NCBI GenBank assembly: GCA_030704615.1
Contig: CM060732.1
Span: 15,066,001-15,130,000, forward strand
DNA: 64,000 nt
From: Takakia lepidozioides
Lineage: Eukaryota > Plantae > Bryophyta
Direction: 5' to 3'
Shown in pieces: positions 15,330 to 27,200 of the stretch; position 1 is the stretch's first letter; each line of letters begins with the position of its first letter. The translations under genes were made by a program, and so were the position numbers. A model generated the notes under the pieces. That model was given only the letters and a program-made list of their open reading frames with translations, was not told where the DNA came from and made no database searches.

Positions 15330-17960
15330 GTGTTCTTCCACTGTTCCCAGATTCACTTGAATCAATTGAGTTTCTTCCGTTATTGTCCATCTTGCAATCT
15401 CTTGTCCGATGGTTGCAATCGTGGCAGGTACTTCACTGATTTGAATGTCTTTTTCCCTTTCTTGATAGAAACGGGCAGGGTGTTGAGGTGTGTCCATCGC
15501 TTCTTCCTCCGGATCTTCCGTTCTCGAAGTATTTGGTTCTCCTTGGGTGTTCACTATGTGACATCCTACTGTTGTGGTATGTTTGGCCACTAGTTGCCCA
15601 ATAGGTTCTAACTGGGGATGTGTTGCGTATACTGTGGCTTCTTCTTCATCCGACAGTCCCCTGGACCAATCATACTCTTCCACTATGCAAGGTCGTTTCT
15701 CTCGTGGAATGGTACCTCGTTGCTTCGTAGTGATGGTGAATTGTTCTGCTCCCTTTTTTATCGTGAGAGTCTGACTTCCCCAATCATGGTGTGATTGGGC
15801 TTGTGTTAACCATGGTCGGCCAAGTAGTAACGAATATCCTTCTGCCACATCCTCCATTATGAGAATGGTTACTGATACTTCATATACCAGTCCTGCTACT
15901 TCCATTGCAAGTCGTCTGATGATACCCAATGGTTGCACTTTTCGTTGATCAGCCATTCGTACCGTGAATGGGGCAGGTTCCATGTGCCCCAATCCTAGTG
16001 ACTTCTTCATCTTCTCTGTCATGATATTCACTCCGGATCCTCCATCGATGAGTACATCCGTTACCATTTTCCGTCCAATACGTACTTGCACTACAACAGA
16101 TCGCGGTAGTTATGACTTCCAAACCGTGGTAGTCATGGTTTTCTTGACTTTGACCGTGACTGCACCATGTTTTTATATGAACCCGCAGTCGTTCATACAA
16201 CTGTAGTCATATGAACGACTATCTAAGTAGTCGTCTGTATGACTACATGGCTCCGGAATGGGCGGAAGGCTGGTCAACAGCAATTGACCAGATTTAGCTC
16301 ACCATTCACAGTCATTTCCATGACTACAGTGTACATGGATGAGGTTACATAGTCATGATGACTACTGGGGATTTTGTAATTTGGTGTGTATAATACAATT
16401 AAAACACCATATGATCACATGAATGACTAATGGGTGTATTGGTTAACAGGTAGTGAACTATAACTCTTATAATAAAGAGGTTGCAGATTCAAACTCATCT
16501 AAGTACAATGAAATGGATAAGCTAGGGATAGCACATGGTACCCTAGATGGGCTGCCACGTGGTTTTTTCATTATTATAAAATGCATTATGCCACATGGCA
16601 CAATGCGGTGCGACGCGATGTCCGACATATGTTTTTTTTTTAAAGTTTTAATTTAATTTAATTTAATTTTAATCAATTACTCACCACACCACGTGGCGCG
16701 GCAGCGGCGATTACAGTATGGTATATATTACTGCAGTGAGAGATATCACTTGGTTCATCTAACTGTAGTCATCCGGACTGTACCATCATGTACTCATTGT
16801 ATTCACTTGGTTTGCACGACTTACAATCATAGAAGTCATATGTACCGTTTATGACTGCATAATAGTCATATATACAGTAATAAATACCGCGATCTGTTAT
16901 ACTGTTGTATTACGGGTATTGCTTTGTCGTAGTCTAGAGTTTGTCGTATAGTTGTGGGTTTAATCGTGTAAACCTCTGGTGTTGGTTTTTGTTTTGGTGT
17001 GGGGGTCAATGCCTCGATTGCCCGAAATAATGTTTTCTTGCAGTATGGAGCAATTTTTAATAATTGTCCAATGGTAATTTGGGTCTTGGTCTAGCAAATT
17101 ACTTCCGTCAATTCTGTTTCCGTGGTTGCATTCGTGGTCTTCATCGTTGGTCTGATTTGATTGTCTGGAGTTGGCTCCCCGGAAGGTATATGGGTTCCCT
17201 CTTGCATTTGAGCTATGGCTTTATTTACCTCCTGGTGTAAGCTCTTTTCTTCCTGCCATGCTGCACTTTCTGGATATTGTTTCCGTTCTTCTTCAATCTC
17301 CTTATCTGGAGGTTTCTGTTTCTTGGCCTGAGTTCGGGTTACCGCAAGGGTATCCACTACAGGGGTTACCACACTCACGGCTACACTCGGTCCAGCTTCC
17401 ATATTTCCCACTTTTGCCTCATGCTTGATTCGCAACTGGCATTCATGTTTCCAGTGCCCCTCTTTCTTGCAGTAGTGGCATCTCGTGATTTCTTTGTTTC
17501 TGGGTTGGTGTTCTCTATCCCGTGGTGGATAGTCATCTCATGGCCTCTGATAACGATTACCCATATTGTATCGTCTTGGTCCATCCGATCCTCCCCGTCG
17601 GATTTGGACTTGGTGTAACCCCACCTCTCGTGTGTACCCACTCTTCTTGGCCCGTTGGTTGTAATACAATGGCTGGTATTATGATTGTTCATATGACAAA
17701 TATCACAATATTTGTCTTTCATGTGGCATTCCGTTGCCAAGTGTACTGCAGTCCCGCATTTGTGACACCATGTTGCCTTTCGTGGCCCTTCATCTTTAAA
17801 ATTCTTGATAGCCTCTGCTATCTTCTGATCCAAAGTGGTTTTATCAATCACTTCTTTCTTCTTTTGCTTGGGCTTTTCTTCATCATCATAATCTTCTTCT
17901 TCCAAGGGATCCTTGGAATCTTTACTTCTGCTTTGATGAAATCCAACATTTGGCAAGAGT
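15330..17960 (-). mobile_element. Truncated Ty3/Gypsy fragment A (gag zinc knuckles and aspartic protease)
   Basis: CCHC knuckles CHKCGTAVHLATEC and CDICHMNNHNTSHC; protease VLIDGGSG...LLLGRPWL. It ends just before RT and is clearly related to the element at 37061-49888. Confidence 0.9.
16089..16904. mobile_element. Non-autonomous CACTA (EnSpm) element, 816 bp
   Basis: TIRs CACTACAACAGATCGCGGTA / TACCGCGATCTGTTATACTG; 3-bp TSD TTG at 16086-16088 and 16905-16907; many internal ATGACTAC/GTAGTCAT-like subterminal repeats. Confidence 0.9.
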
Positions 17961-18044
17961 TTTTTTTTTCCCTCTCTCTCTCTCTCTCTTTAGGCAGAAA
18001 ACTACCCTGGACCTGTTCGCAGTCTATGACATACATTACTACCC

Positions 18045-19620
18045 CCGAATGGAAATTCGGCACCCAATATCCAACAGGGGAAGCCCGGATGAAGTCGCCT
18101 CGGGCGCAGAGACCGGCGCGTGTGTGACAGAGAACATCCCCTGGATGGAGATTCGGCGCCGAATTTCCATCCGGGCCCCCCCAAAGGAAGTCGTGTCGGG
18201 GGGTCAGGCCGAAAACTGGCCGGCATAAAAACATCCCCAGATGGAAAAACGGCGCCGAATTTCCATCCGGGGCGGTTCGGATGCAGTCGGGGAGGGGGGA
18301 GAGGTCGGCACCTGGCCGTCACATTTCAACCCCCGGACGGAAATTCGGCACCGAATATCCAACAGGGGACGCCCGGATGAAGTCGCCTCGGGCGTAGAGG
18401 CCGGCACGTGTTCGACAGAGAGCATCCCCTGGATGGAGATTCAGCGCCGAATTTCCATCCGGGCCACCCCAAAGGAAGTCGTGTCGGGGGTCAGACCGAA
18501 AACTGGCCGACATAAAAACCTCCCCAGATGGAAAAACGGCACCGAATTTCAATCCGGGGCCGTTCCAATGCAGTCGGGGAGGGGGGAGAGGTCGGCACCT
18601 GGCCGTCATATTTCAACCCCCGGACGGAAATTCGGCACCGAATATCCAACAGAGCGGCGGAGAGGCCGGCACCTCTCCGACAGAGACCATCCCACGGATG
18701 GAAATCCGGCGCCGAATTTCCATCCTGCAGGTAGTTCGAATCCCGGATGGATGGAAATCCGGCACCGAATTTCCATCCAGCAGGTAAGTGGAATCCCGGA
18801 TGGATGGAGATCCGGCGCCGAATTTCCATCCTGCAGGTAATTCCAATCCCGGATGGATGGAAATTCGGCGCCGAATTTCGATCCAGCAGGTAAGTCGGAT
18901 CGCTAGCGTATGGATATTCGGCGCCGAATTTCCATTCGCCAGGTATTACATCGCTCAGAATTACCTTCGTGCAGGTAATTCTTATCGATGAATAACCTTC
19001 CTGCAGGTAATTCCGAGCGTAGGAAGGTAATTCATCGCTCAGAATTACCTGCACGAAGGTAATTCTGAGCGATGAAATACCCGGCGAATGGAAATTCGGC
19101 GCCGTTACCTGCTGGATGGAAATTCGGCGCCGAATTTCCATCCATCCGGGATTCGAATTACCTGCAGGATGGAAATTCGGCGCCGGATTTCCATCCATCC
19201 GGGATTCCACTTACCTGCTGGATGGAAATTCGGCGCCGGATCTCCATCCATCCGAGATTCGAATTACCTGCAGGATGGAAATCCGGCGCCGGATCTCCAT
19301 CCATCCGCTCTCCGCCCAACCTTGCGGATGGAAATCCCCCCGGATTCCATCCATCCGCCTCCGAATTACCTGCTTGAGGGAAATTTCGCGCGCCGCCCTA
19401 CCTGCGCGGATGGAAATCCGGCGCCGGATTTCCATCCATCCGCTTCTGAATTACTTGCGTGAGGGAAATTTGGCGCGCCACCCTACCTGCGCGGATGGAA
19501 ATCCGGCGCCGGATTTCCATCCATCCGCTTCTGAATTACCTGCTTGAGGGAAATTTCGCGCGCCGCCCTACCTTGCTGGATGGAAATTCGGCGCCGGAAT
19601 TACCTCTACGTTGGAAATTC
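18045..19620. repeat. Array of about 20 GGCGCC-centred palindromes with higher-order tandem and inverted organisation
   Basis: Consensus GATGGAAATTCGGCGCCGAATTTCCATC, with a perfect 32-bp copy at 19113-19144. Spacing is ~96 bp inside ~290-bp units (18050-18650), ~53 bp (18700-19300) and ~85 bp (19330-19600). Confidence 0.92.
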
Positions 19621-20683
19621 CGGGCCTCTTTCCGTCGATTTTCATCCGACATGGAGGGCTTCATCCGACATTTAATTGCGCAGTTGGGCAATAAATGTCC
19701 ACCGCCGTCGGTTTTTATTCGGGCTGGCGACACATGGCTTCTTGGATACGTACCCTAAATCTCATGCTAATCTTGGCTTAACATGCTATTCGAGGCATGT
19801 ACCCCAAAAACGGAGATCTTTTTCCATTTTGGCTGGGACTTATGCCGCCTGAAGGGCGTGGCTCTCCTGAGAGAGACCTCACATCCAGACCGCGGCGGAA
19901 GTTGAAAGCTCTGTACTACGGACGACGGCCAATCTCTCGCATGGCCAAACTGAAGCTCCAGCAGGAGATTCCAGTGTCTTGCTCACAACCCGCGCCAACT
20001 GAAGCCGAGTACTCTCAGGCAAGCCACTTCTGCTTTCGCTTTGTTCGATTTCTTTTTTGCTTTCGCTTTGTTGCCTCGCTTTGTTTTTGCATCTTCATGC
20101 TGGCTTCGCTGGATGAGTGAACTTTAGATAGTTGAGTGAACCTTACATTGTTTGCAATGCGTGTGCAAATCCGGCAGCTGTGGAGAAGGCTGCTTGTGCA
20201 TGTCATTCTCAGGCAATTGTTGCATTTGTTTTCATTGTTGTTGATTGAAACCCAATCTCACCATACTCCACAAAATGCACTGATTTGCCCCAAGCCAAAT
20301 CAGCCCTTTCGCTTGGTCTTGCAATCCTTCACACAATGAAAGCTCGCATTCCCAATTCCAGTTCTCAGCTTTGCCACCAAAGCCACTATAACCTGCTCTT
20401 GACTGGTCCTCTTCCCAATCGTGCTTGCTCATGCATGTACACAATCTGAAACCATCAAGGTGCTCTGGAATTACCTGCAGCATGGTGCTTTCATCTCTGA
20501 AGCTGAAGATCGAATGCCAAGGTCTACCACCTCGTAACCCACATCGCCTCCGCTTCTAACAACCAAGAGTTCCACGGTGCTCCTTGCATAACAACTTGGT
20601 TTCTCTCATTCTCAAGCAAAAACCACAAGTGCTACAACTAACTCGTATCTGGCACTCACAGATACGAGCTCATCTTTCTCGAG

Positions 20684-21000
20684 TGATAAAGAAGAAGAAT
20701 ACAAGCACGAGCTCACAAATCTGAAGCATAAACTCATGCATATATAACCTCATCACTCAAATACAAGTCAAGCCAAGTGCACCCCACGCCATGGGGAATC
20801 CACACTACGGCGCCATAGCTAGGCGCGGTGAGGCTCAACTCGAGAAAGATGAGCCTCCCGCGCTTGCCGTGAAGATAACCACTCCAGGGCCTAAATCTGC
20901 CTTGACCCCTGGATTGACACTTGGGCCAATCCCAAATGTCAATATGTAAAAGCTAGCTATTTCCTAGCTAGTTTCACACTAGTGGTAAAATAACTTGACA
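20684..21000 (-). repeat. 317-bp segment, near-identical inverted copy of 52355-52671 (LTR-like, TG...CA)
   Basis: Direct comparison: TGATAAAGAAGAAG...TAACTTGACA is the reverse complement of TGTCAAGTTA...CTTCTTTATCA, with few substitutions. Confidence 0.88.
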
Positions 21001-21001
21001 G

Positions 21002-21910
21002 TGTTGCATAGATGCAAGTATTGATGCTAATCATGCTACCATGCTATAGGAATTCGACACTATAGAATACAAAGTGCTTTTATAATTAGGAGCTCTCCTC
21101 CCAACCACGAAGACACCAGAATAATACTCTGGTACTTCTCCCCCGAGCTCTTACCTGTTCGACTCCAAGAGTCACTACTAGATGTAATCTGATTGGTCAC
21201 TCAAGTGTTATGTCCTTTCAGGATACAGCCAATTAATAGCTTAGAAAGTAATTGCTAGATAGTTCTAGTTTCAATACTCCCACTAACTAACTAACAATTA
21301 TTTCTGTTCAGATCATGGGACTTTTTCTTCTTTGCTCAGCACCCCTGCTACTTCTTTGAACTTGAAGTGCTTTAGCTTGGATAAGCTTTTGGTAAGCATA
21401 TCAGCAACCATATCCTCAGTGCTGCAATACTTCAGCTCTACTTCCCCACTTCCAACCTTCTCCCGTACAAAGTGATATTGTATTGTGATTAGACGTCCCT
21501 TTCAAATATCTTAGTATTCGTTTGACCGCCTTCCAATGCCTTTGTCCTGGATTCGATAGAAATTGAGACACCTCTCCCACTGCATAAGCAAGGTCTGGTC
21601 GAGTGCATACCATCGCATACATAATGCTTCCCACGACACTGTGGTATGGTACATTTAACATACCTTCTTGCTCCTCAGTTGTTTTAGGGCTCATTTCTTT
21701 AGTAAGCTTCTCTCCCGTCTCCATCGGTGTGGAGGAAGGTTTGCTTAACTCCATGTGAGTACATCTTGGATGTACTTAGTTTGATTTAGACAAATAGAAT
21801 TCTTCGCCTTATTTCTAGATACTTGAATCCCAAGGCAGTATTGTATTGGTCCTAAATCTGTCATATCAAATTCGGCTGACAATTCTGCCTTTGCTTCTTG
21901 CATTAGGGTT
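21002..21910 (-). mobile_element. Ty1/Copia 3' remnant: partial RT, internally deleted RNase H, PPT and 3' LTR (21002-21276)
   Basis: FDMTDLG...VPYHSVVGSIMYAMVCTRPDLAYAV...HWKAVKRILRYLKGT, joined directly to HFVREKV...DMVADMLTKSL. PPT AGTGGGAG is followed by TATTG...CAACA containing a TATAAAA box. Confidence 0.88.
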
Positions 21911-21914
21911 ATAG

Positions 21915-23990
21915 AATGAAGGGAGTGAATTGGAGATGAAGAAACTCAATAGGGCAATGGTGAGGCAGATGAAGTGCCAGTTGGCAAAATTGGTGACAGA
22001 CATTCATGAGGAGTTCCTGCCACCAATTCTAGAACAAGAGGAGCTCATGGACGAAGAGGATCAAGAGGAGCAAGATCACGAACGAGAGACACCAATACAA
22101 TGAACAACAACAACACCAACACAAACACCACCAGCAACACAATCACCACCAAGCCAATAGACACTAGTACAGGCCACAGCAGGGCCATCTACTCAAGAGG
22201 TAAACCCTGTAACACTACCAAGTGTCCTGGTAGCATCAACTTCAGTAGCAGTGGATGATTTCCAAATCATACCATGCAAGCAGGATGGGGAGTGGTTAAA
22301 GTATTCAGAGGAATACTTTAAAATGATGGTAGTACCAGCCCACCAAATCCCAGAAATACTGGAGAAGGTTTTCAAAGCTTTAACTCCCTGCAAATCATTG
22401 GGTCAATTGCATCTGCTCAATCAAACTCTTATTCCTCTGAGATATAGGATGAGGCCACTGGCTAAGGAGGAGACATGGTCAGGGGCAGAATTGGTTGAAT
22501 TCTAGCGCCAGGCTCCCTTGGAATACAAGGAGCTGGTAGCTTACATGTGGGCAGTGGGGCAATTGAAGATTAATCCTACGCCGGCAGTAACCATTGTGAT
22601 GGGATGCCCAAGTTTTTATATTGGCAGTTACTTGTACCGCATGTTCGTAACAATGAGGGGAAGCTGGCAGCGCTATGAGAGTATTGAAAAAGATACTCAC
22701 TGGGAATTACCCAAATTCCAGCCACCAGAGAGAGTCACATGCACTTCAGCATATATGAATAGGCCACTGTATGCTGAAGCATGGCGCCAGGCGAAGGACC
22801 ACTTTTCACCATTGGTGTTGGACAGAGACCACCCTTTCAGAGAAACAGGGGTCTAAGCTGTTAACTGGTTAATGGGCAGCAAGACAACAAAACACATTAT
22901 ACCATGGACCAAGGAGGAGCTGCAAACCTACCGCGAAACCTTGACCAACAAAATCGATATGGTACGAGGGGACGGGATAGCAGAACACCCTGACGAAGAA
23001 AGCTGGCCTACTCACGAACCAGAGGAGCAACCAAACAGTGATGATAACAGGAACAAGAAGCTGCCACCACGACAATCCTGGGACGCACTTCCTACCTCGC
23101 AGACAGGCATGCCACCACCTTACATCCCCAAGAGATACAGCAAGCACAGGAACTGACGAAATTGTGCGGACACAATTTCAAAAGAGGGGGGGGAATAAAT
23201 GATAGCGGCTATGCTACGAGGGACAAACAACGAGGGTCACAACGGGACATACCGGGTAGTGATGGACGTACACTACCTGAGCCACAGGCAGAGACGGCTA
23301 AGTACGGGGTACTTAGCCAATGGCGGAACAAGGGTACATTACCACGAGAGCAGTAGTGGGTAGTGTAGTAACCGTGAGCCGTGAACCACGATATCACACG
23401 GCCACGTTAGCATCGGCTTTAACCAATAGAGGGAGTAGTGGACCGTTTACCACTATGGCTCACGACCACTGCAACGAGCCACTTTTTAGCAAACCTTTTA
23501 GGTTGCGTAGGCAGTTAGGCAAACGGTCATTAACAACCGCAGGCTGTAACGGCTCTTTCGAGCATAGTATAAAAAGACTGCACACAACTTAGAGAGGGTG
23601 TGCAATATGAGTATGAGTATCAGTGATCAGTGTGTACTTATGTGATGATGTGACGAACTCTGAAGTAAAGCCATGATATTCGAAGTATCTCTGTGTAGAG
23701 TGAATGTGAGATAGAGAGAATGTGCATTATGAGAGAACGAGAGATGGTGAGAATGTGTATCATCTCAGAATAGTTCTTGTTTTATCTCGACTACCATCTG
23801 CTTGTATGGACAAAGAGGCTTCAGTCTTTTCGACTAAGATCTTTTATGCTAAAGAGACTGTAGATTGGGCTTAATCAATAGGATTAAGCAGCCTACAGGG
23901 ATATGGCTTCATACGACGTTCATGGTTTAGCTATCCTTAAAACGATTACTTCATAATCGTTTCTGGAAGCATACCGTCGGACAACCTCTG
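21915..23990 (+). mobile_element. 3' end of another LTR retrotransposon (Gypsy-like): extra-ORF remnant, PPT (23180-23195) and LTR starting at 23200; right boundary uncertain
   Basis: ORF pieces 22251-23156 are homologous to the 3' extra ORF at 38250-38980. AAAAGAGGGGGGGGAA is followed by TG, and a TATAAAA lies near 23568. Confidence 0.6.
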
Positions 23991-24287
23991 TTGCATGTCT
24001 TAGGAAATGGGCAGTAGTGTTGATAGCCTGTTTTGTCTAAGTCATAAACCAGCGGTTCACAGTGGGGGCTGCTATTTCATGAGCGGCATGAGCGGCATGA
24101 GCGGAAAAAAAAAAGCATGAGCAGACCATTGTGTGAGTCCACGGAAATAGGGTTAGGAGGCACGGAAATAGGGTCATGTGAAGTTGGAATGTGGCACCAG
24201 TGGACTTGAAATGCAACATTTTATTGCAAATTTTTGTGCAAGCCACGTCTATACAGTGTGTTCTAACTGTCATAGCCGGAATGGGCA

Positions 24288-27200
24288 CTACTCTCCTACA
24301 CCCTCCGAGGAACTTGCCCCACCTTCTTCCTCATCCCCCTCATCCCCCTCATCCTCCGAGCTCTGTGATGCATCAGTTCCACTATGCCTCTCAAAAATCC
24401 CGTCCTCTCCTTGGGGGACCGTCCACCTCACCTCCTGGGAATCTTCTACGTCTTCTCCCCCACTTTCCTCAACAGAATCCAAGACAAATCTACGAGCCCG
24501 ACGGGCTCTAATAGCTGCTGCCCTCCTCCCTCATCTTCATTTTCTTGAGGCTTGCCTCGTCTAAAATCTGCTGTACACGACTACGTTCGGAACACCTCCT
24601 AATGGACACCGAAGCAAGCCGGGCAGCATAAGTAGGAAGGATGTACTCCCTTTCTGGACTAGGCATGAAATCCCCCCTGGCAAAAAAAGGCACGTTCCTC
24701 CTGCCCATGAACTCCGGTGTAGACGTCCCTCCGGCAGTACTTGGCATCCTACAGTAAGAACAAATCCACTTCAAGAATGTCAATACCAGCACAACCAGAA
24801 AGGGTTTTCAATGAAATAAGAGAGCGGAGGGAGGTGCCTCACAAAATCTGGAGGCAACTTACAATGCCACACTCACTCTCGTAAACCGGGGGCTCCTCGC
24901 CTCGATCCCAACTTCCTCCCCCTGCTCCTTCTCGGATTTTTCCTCATCCTCCGAGGATGCCTCTTCCTCTTTTGGCAGACGTTCAGCCCGCTGCAAGTTC
25001 CGAGTTGTGGAGGGCAGTATCTGGCTCGAAGGCGAACACATGCCTGTCGGACAACGTCCCTGCCCACATTGAAGCACTTGAGGAACAAAGCGGGCGGTTA
25101 ATAGCTTGCGGCATGCAATTGCAATCGGGCCAGGGGACAAACTGAGCACGTGAAGGCTTACCCGTGCCGCATGTGAGGTCCAGAATCCGCCCTTTGGACA
25201 TCCGAGCACGTCTCCATGAGGGTTTGGATGAAAGCAGGGCTCCGGGTCCGGCTGTACCGCCACGGTTTGCCTGTCTTTGTGTCCTTCGGCATACTGGAGT
25301 GGGGCACATAGTTGTAGAGGACATCGTAGGTTACAGGGTCCACAGCGGCATCAACAAGACGACCGTCGTTGCGGAATTTGAACGTAGACCCTCTCTTCAC
25401 AAAGCAATATGCCTCAAACACCAATGTCTGCACATCCAACAAAGAAGGGATCAACTCCAGGGTCTACTTAACATACACCACAATATGAAGTGAATGCAAT
25501 AGATTGATAACTTACACTTTGGCCCTCTGTTCGCAACCCCTGTACTGATGCAGAACCATTTTCTGAGGAGGACCGGGGTGACACTTTTCGGTGTCCACCT
25601 TGCCACCGCATTCTCTGTGGTCTTCCCTCTCGTGGCAAGGACAACCACACATCCACCGTCATCCAGAAGCATCCCCGCCAGCCCAAACCCGGCTTTCCAG
25701 TAGTCCTCAGTAAACCTGTTCCAGGTGGGCACACCATCCAGGCCCTCCAGCAGCTCCCCATCTGGAATGTCGAGGAGAATCATGTCGCAAGCTCTCTCCA
25801 CCTCAACCCCCCCCCCGAGTGCTCTTGCAATTCGTGCTCACAGCCGTGAAGAATTCCATCATGGCTTCAAAACCAGGGTGTCTTTAGGCTCTGTACCGGC
25901 AGCCCTCTTCTTGGCTTTCCCCTTCTGCTCCGCCAGAGACTTGCTGTGTGCCACCTTCTTTGCCCTGGCAGCGAGAGCGTCAAGGAAGCTCTCATTGACG
26001 CATTGGATGATGGTTGGAGGTTCTAGCTTTGGCCTGTGCGTAAACGTCACCGCCGAATACCGCCGTGTAGGCTCGCCCTCAAATGCCAACTTCTTGGCAG
26101 AGCCAGTCCCACTCCGAACTGACTTGGGAACCCGGACGACCGGTGACTGGTAGGAGCAACAGCAGTTGCAGGACCTTGAACAAAGTCGTCGTCCGAGTCA
26201 CTCTCTTGGGTCCCCTCCTGCGCCTCCTCCGATGCCCCGATGGTTTTCTTCTTTTTGGGTGTTACTGCACTCACCTGTTTCCTTGTCCTTTTCCTTTGCC
26301 TTTGGCCTTTACTCTTCTCATGCAATTTCTCCTGAATTCCTGCCTGAGCAAGCTCTGCCGCTTTCCTGGAGTTCGCAAGCGCTTTTGCCTCTTTTGCACC
26401 CAACGGAGGCAGCGGAGCCCGGTTTCGTCGGAATTCAGCATCCAGCTTCAATTGAAACTCGGATGGGTCGAGCGAGCCGGGCGGAAGGTCCACATACCAA
26501 GGGCAATCACGCAAATGTTCCAGATGCCACTCCTTCACAATATCGTCAGTGTACATGGAGTCAGCCCCAGGGTTCCTCCATGCCAGGAAGAATGGTGGCT
26601 CGAAAGACAGATGACCTTTTCTCCAAAAGGGAGAACTTGCAGTACCTGCATTCATGAAAAACACAATGAGTCCCTGAAATGCATATTCGGCACCATTTTC
26701 CCAGGTTGGGGCGGATGTGAGTGGGCCTAGAAATGGAAAAATGGCGCCGAATTTCGGTTTTCGGACTGCCACCCTAGGGACTTAGCCATCTTGGGAGCCC
26801 TGAACTGAAATTCGGCGCCATTTTTCCCGGTTTGGCCCGAAGATGGCTAAGTCCCAGAACCGCAATAGGGCCTGGAACTGGAAAAATGGCGCCGAATTTC
26901 CAGTTCAGGGCCAGCCACCTAGGGACTTAGCCCGAAATGGCTAAGTCCCTGAACGGCAATAGGGCCTGGAACTGGAAAATGGCGCCGAATTTCCAGTTCA
27001 GGGCCAGCCACCCTAGGGACTTAGCCCGAAAATGGCTAGTCCCTGAACGGCAATAGGGCCTAACTGGAACCGAATTTCCAGGCCAACCCGAAAATGGCTA
27101 AGTCCCTGAACGGCAATAGGGCCTACAACTGGAAAATGGCGCCGAATTTCCACTTCGGGCCAGCCACCCCTAGGGACTTAGCCCGAAAATGGCTAAGTCC

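Noticed and set aside
18045-19620. CRISPR-like array (palindromic repeats at regular spacing)
   Set aside because: The intervening sequences are themselves repeated rather than unique spacers, no cas genes are present, and the context is eukaryotic.
18002-19758. Many overlapping ORFs such as MEIRRRISI... and GWKFGAEFP...
   Set aside because: They are artefacts of a stop-poor palindromic repeat that reads the same on both strands.
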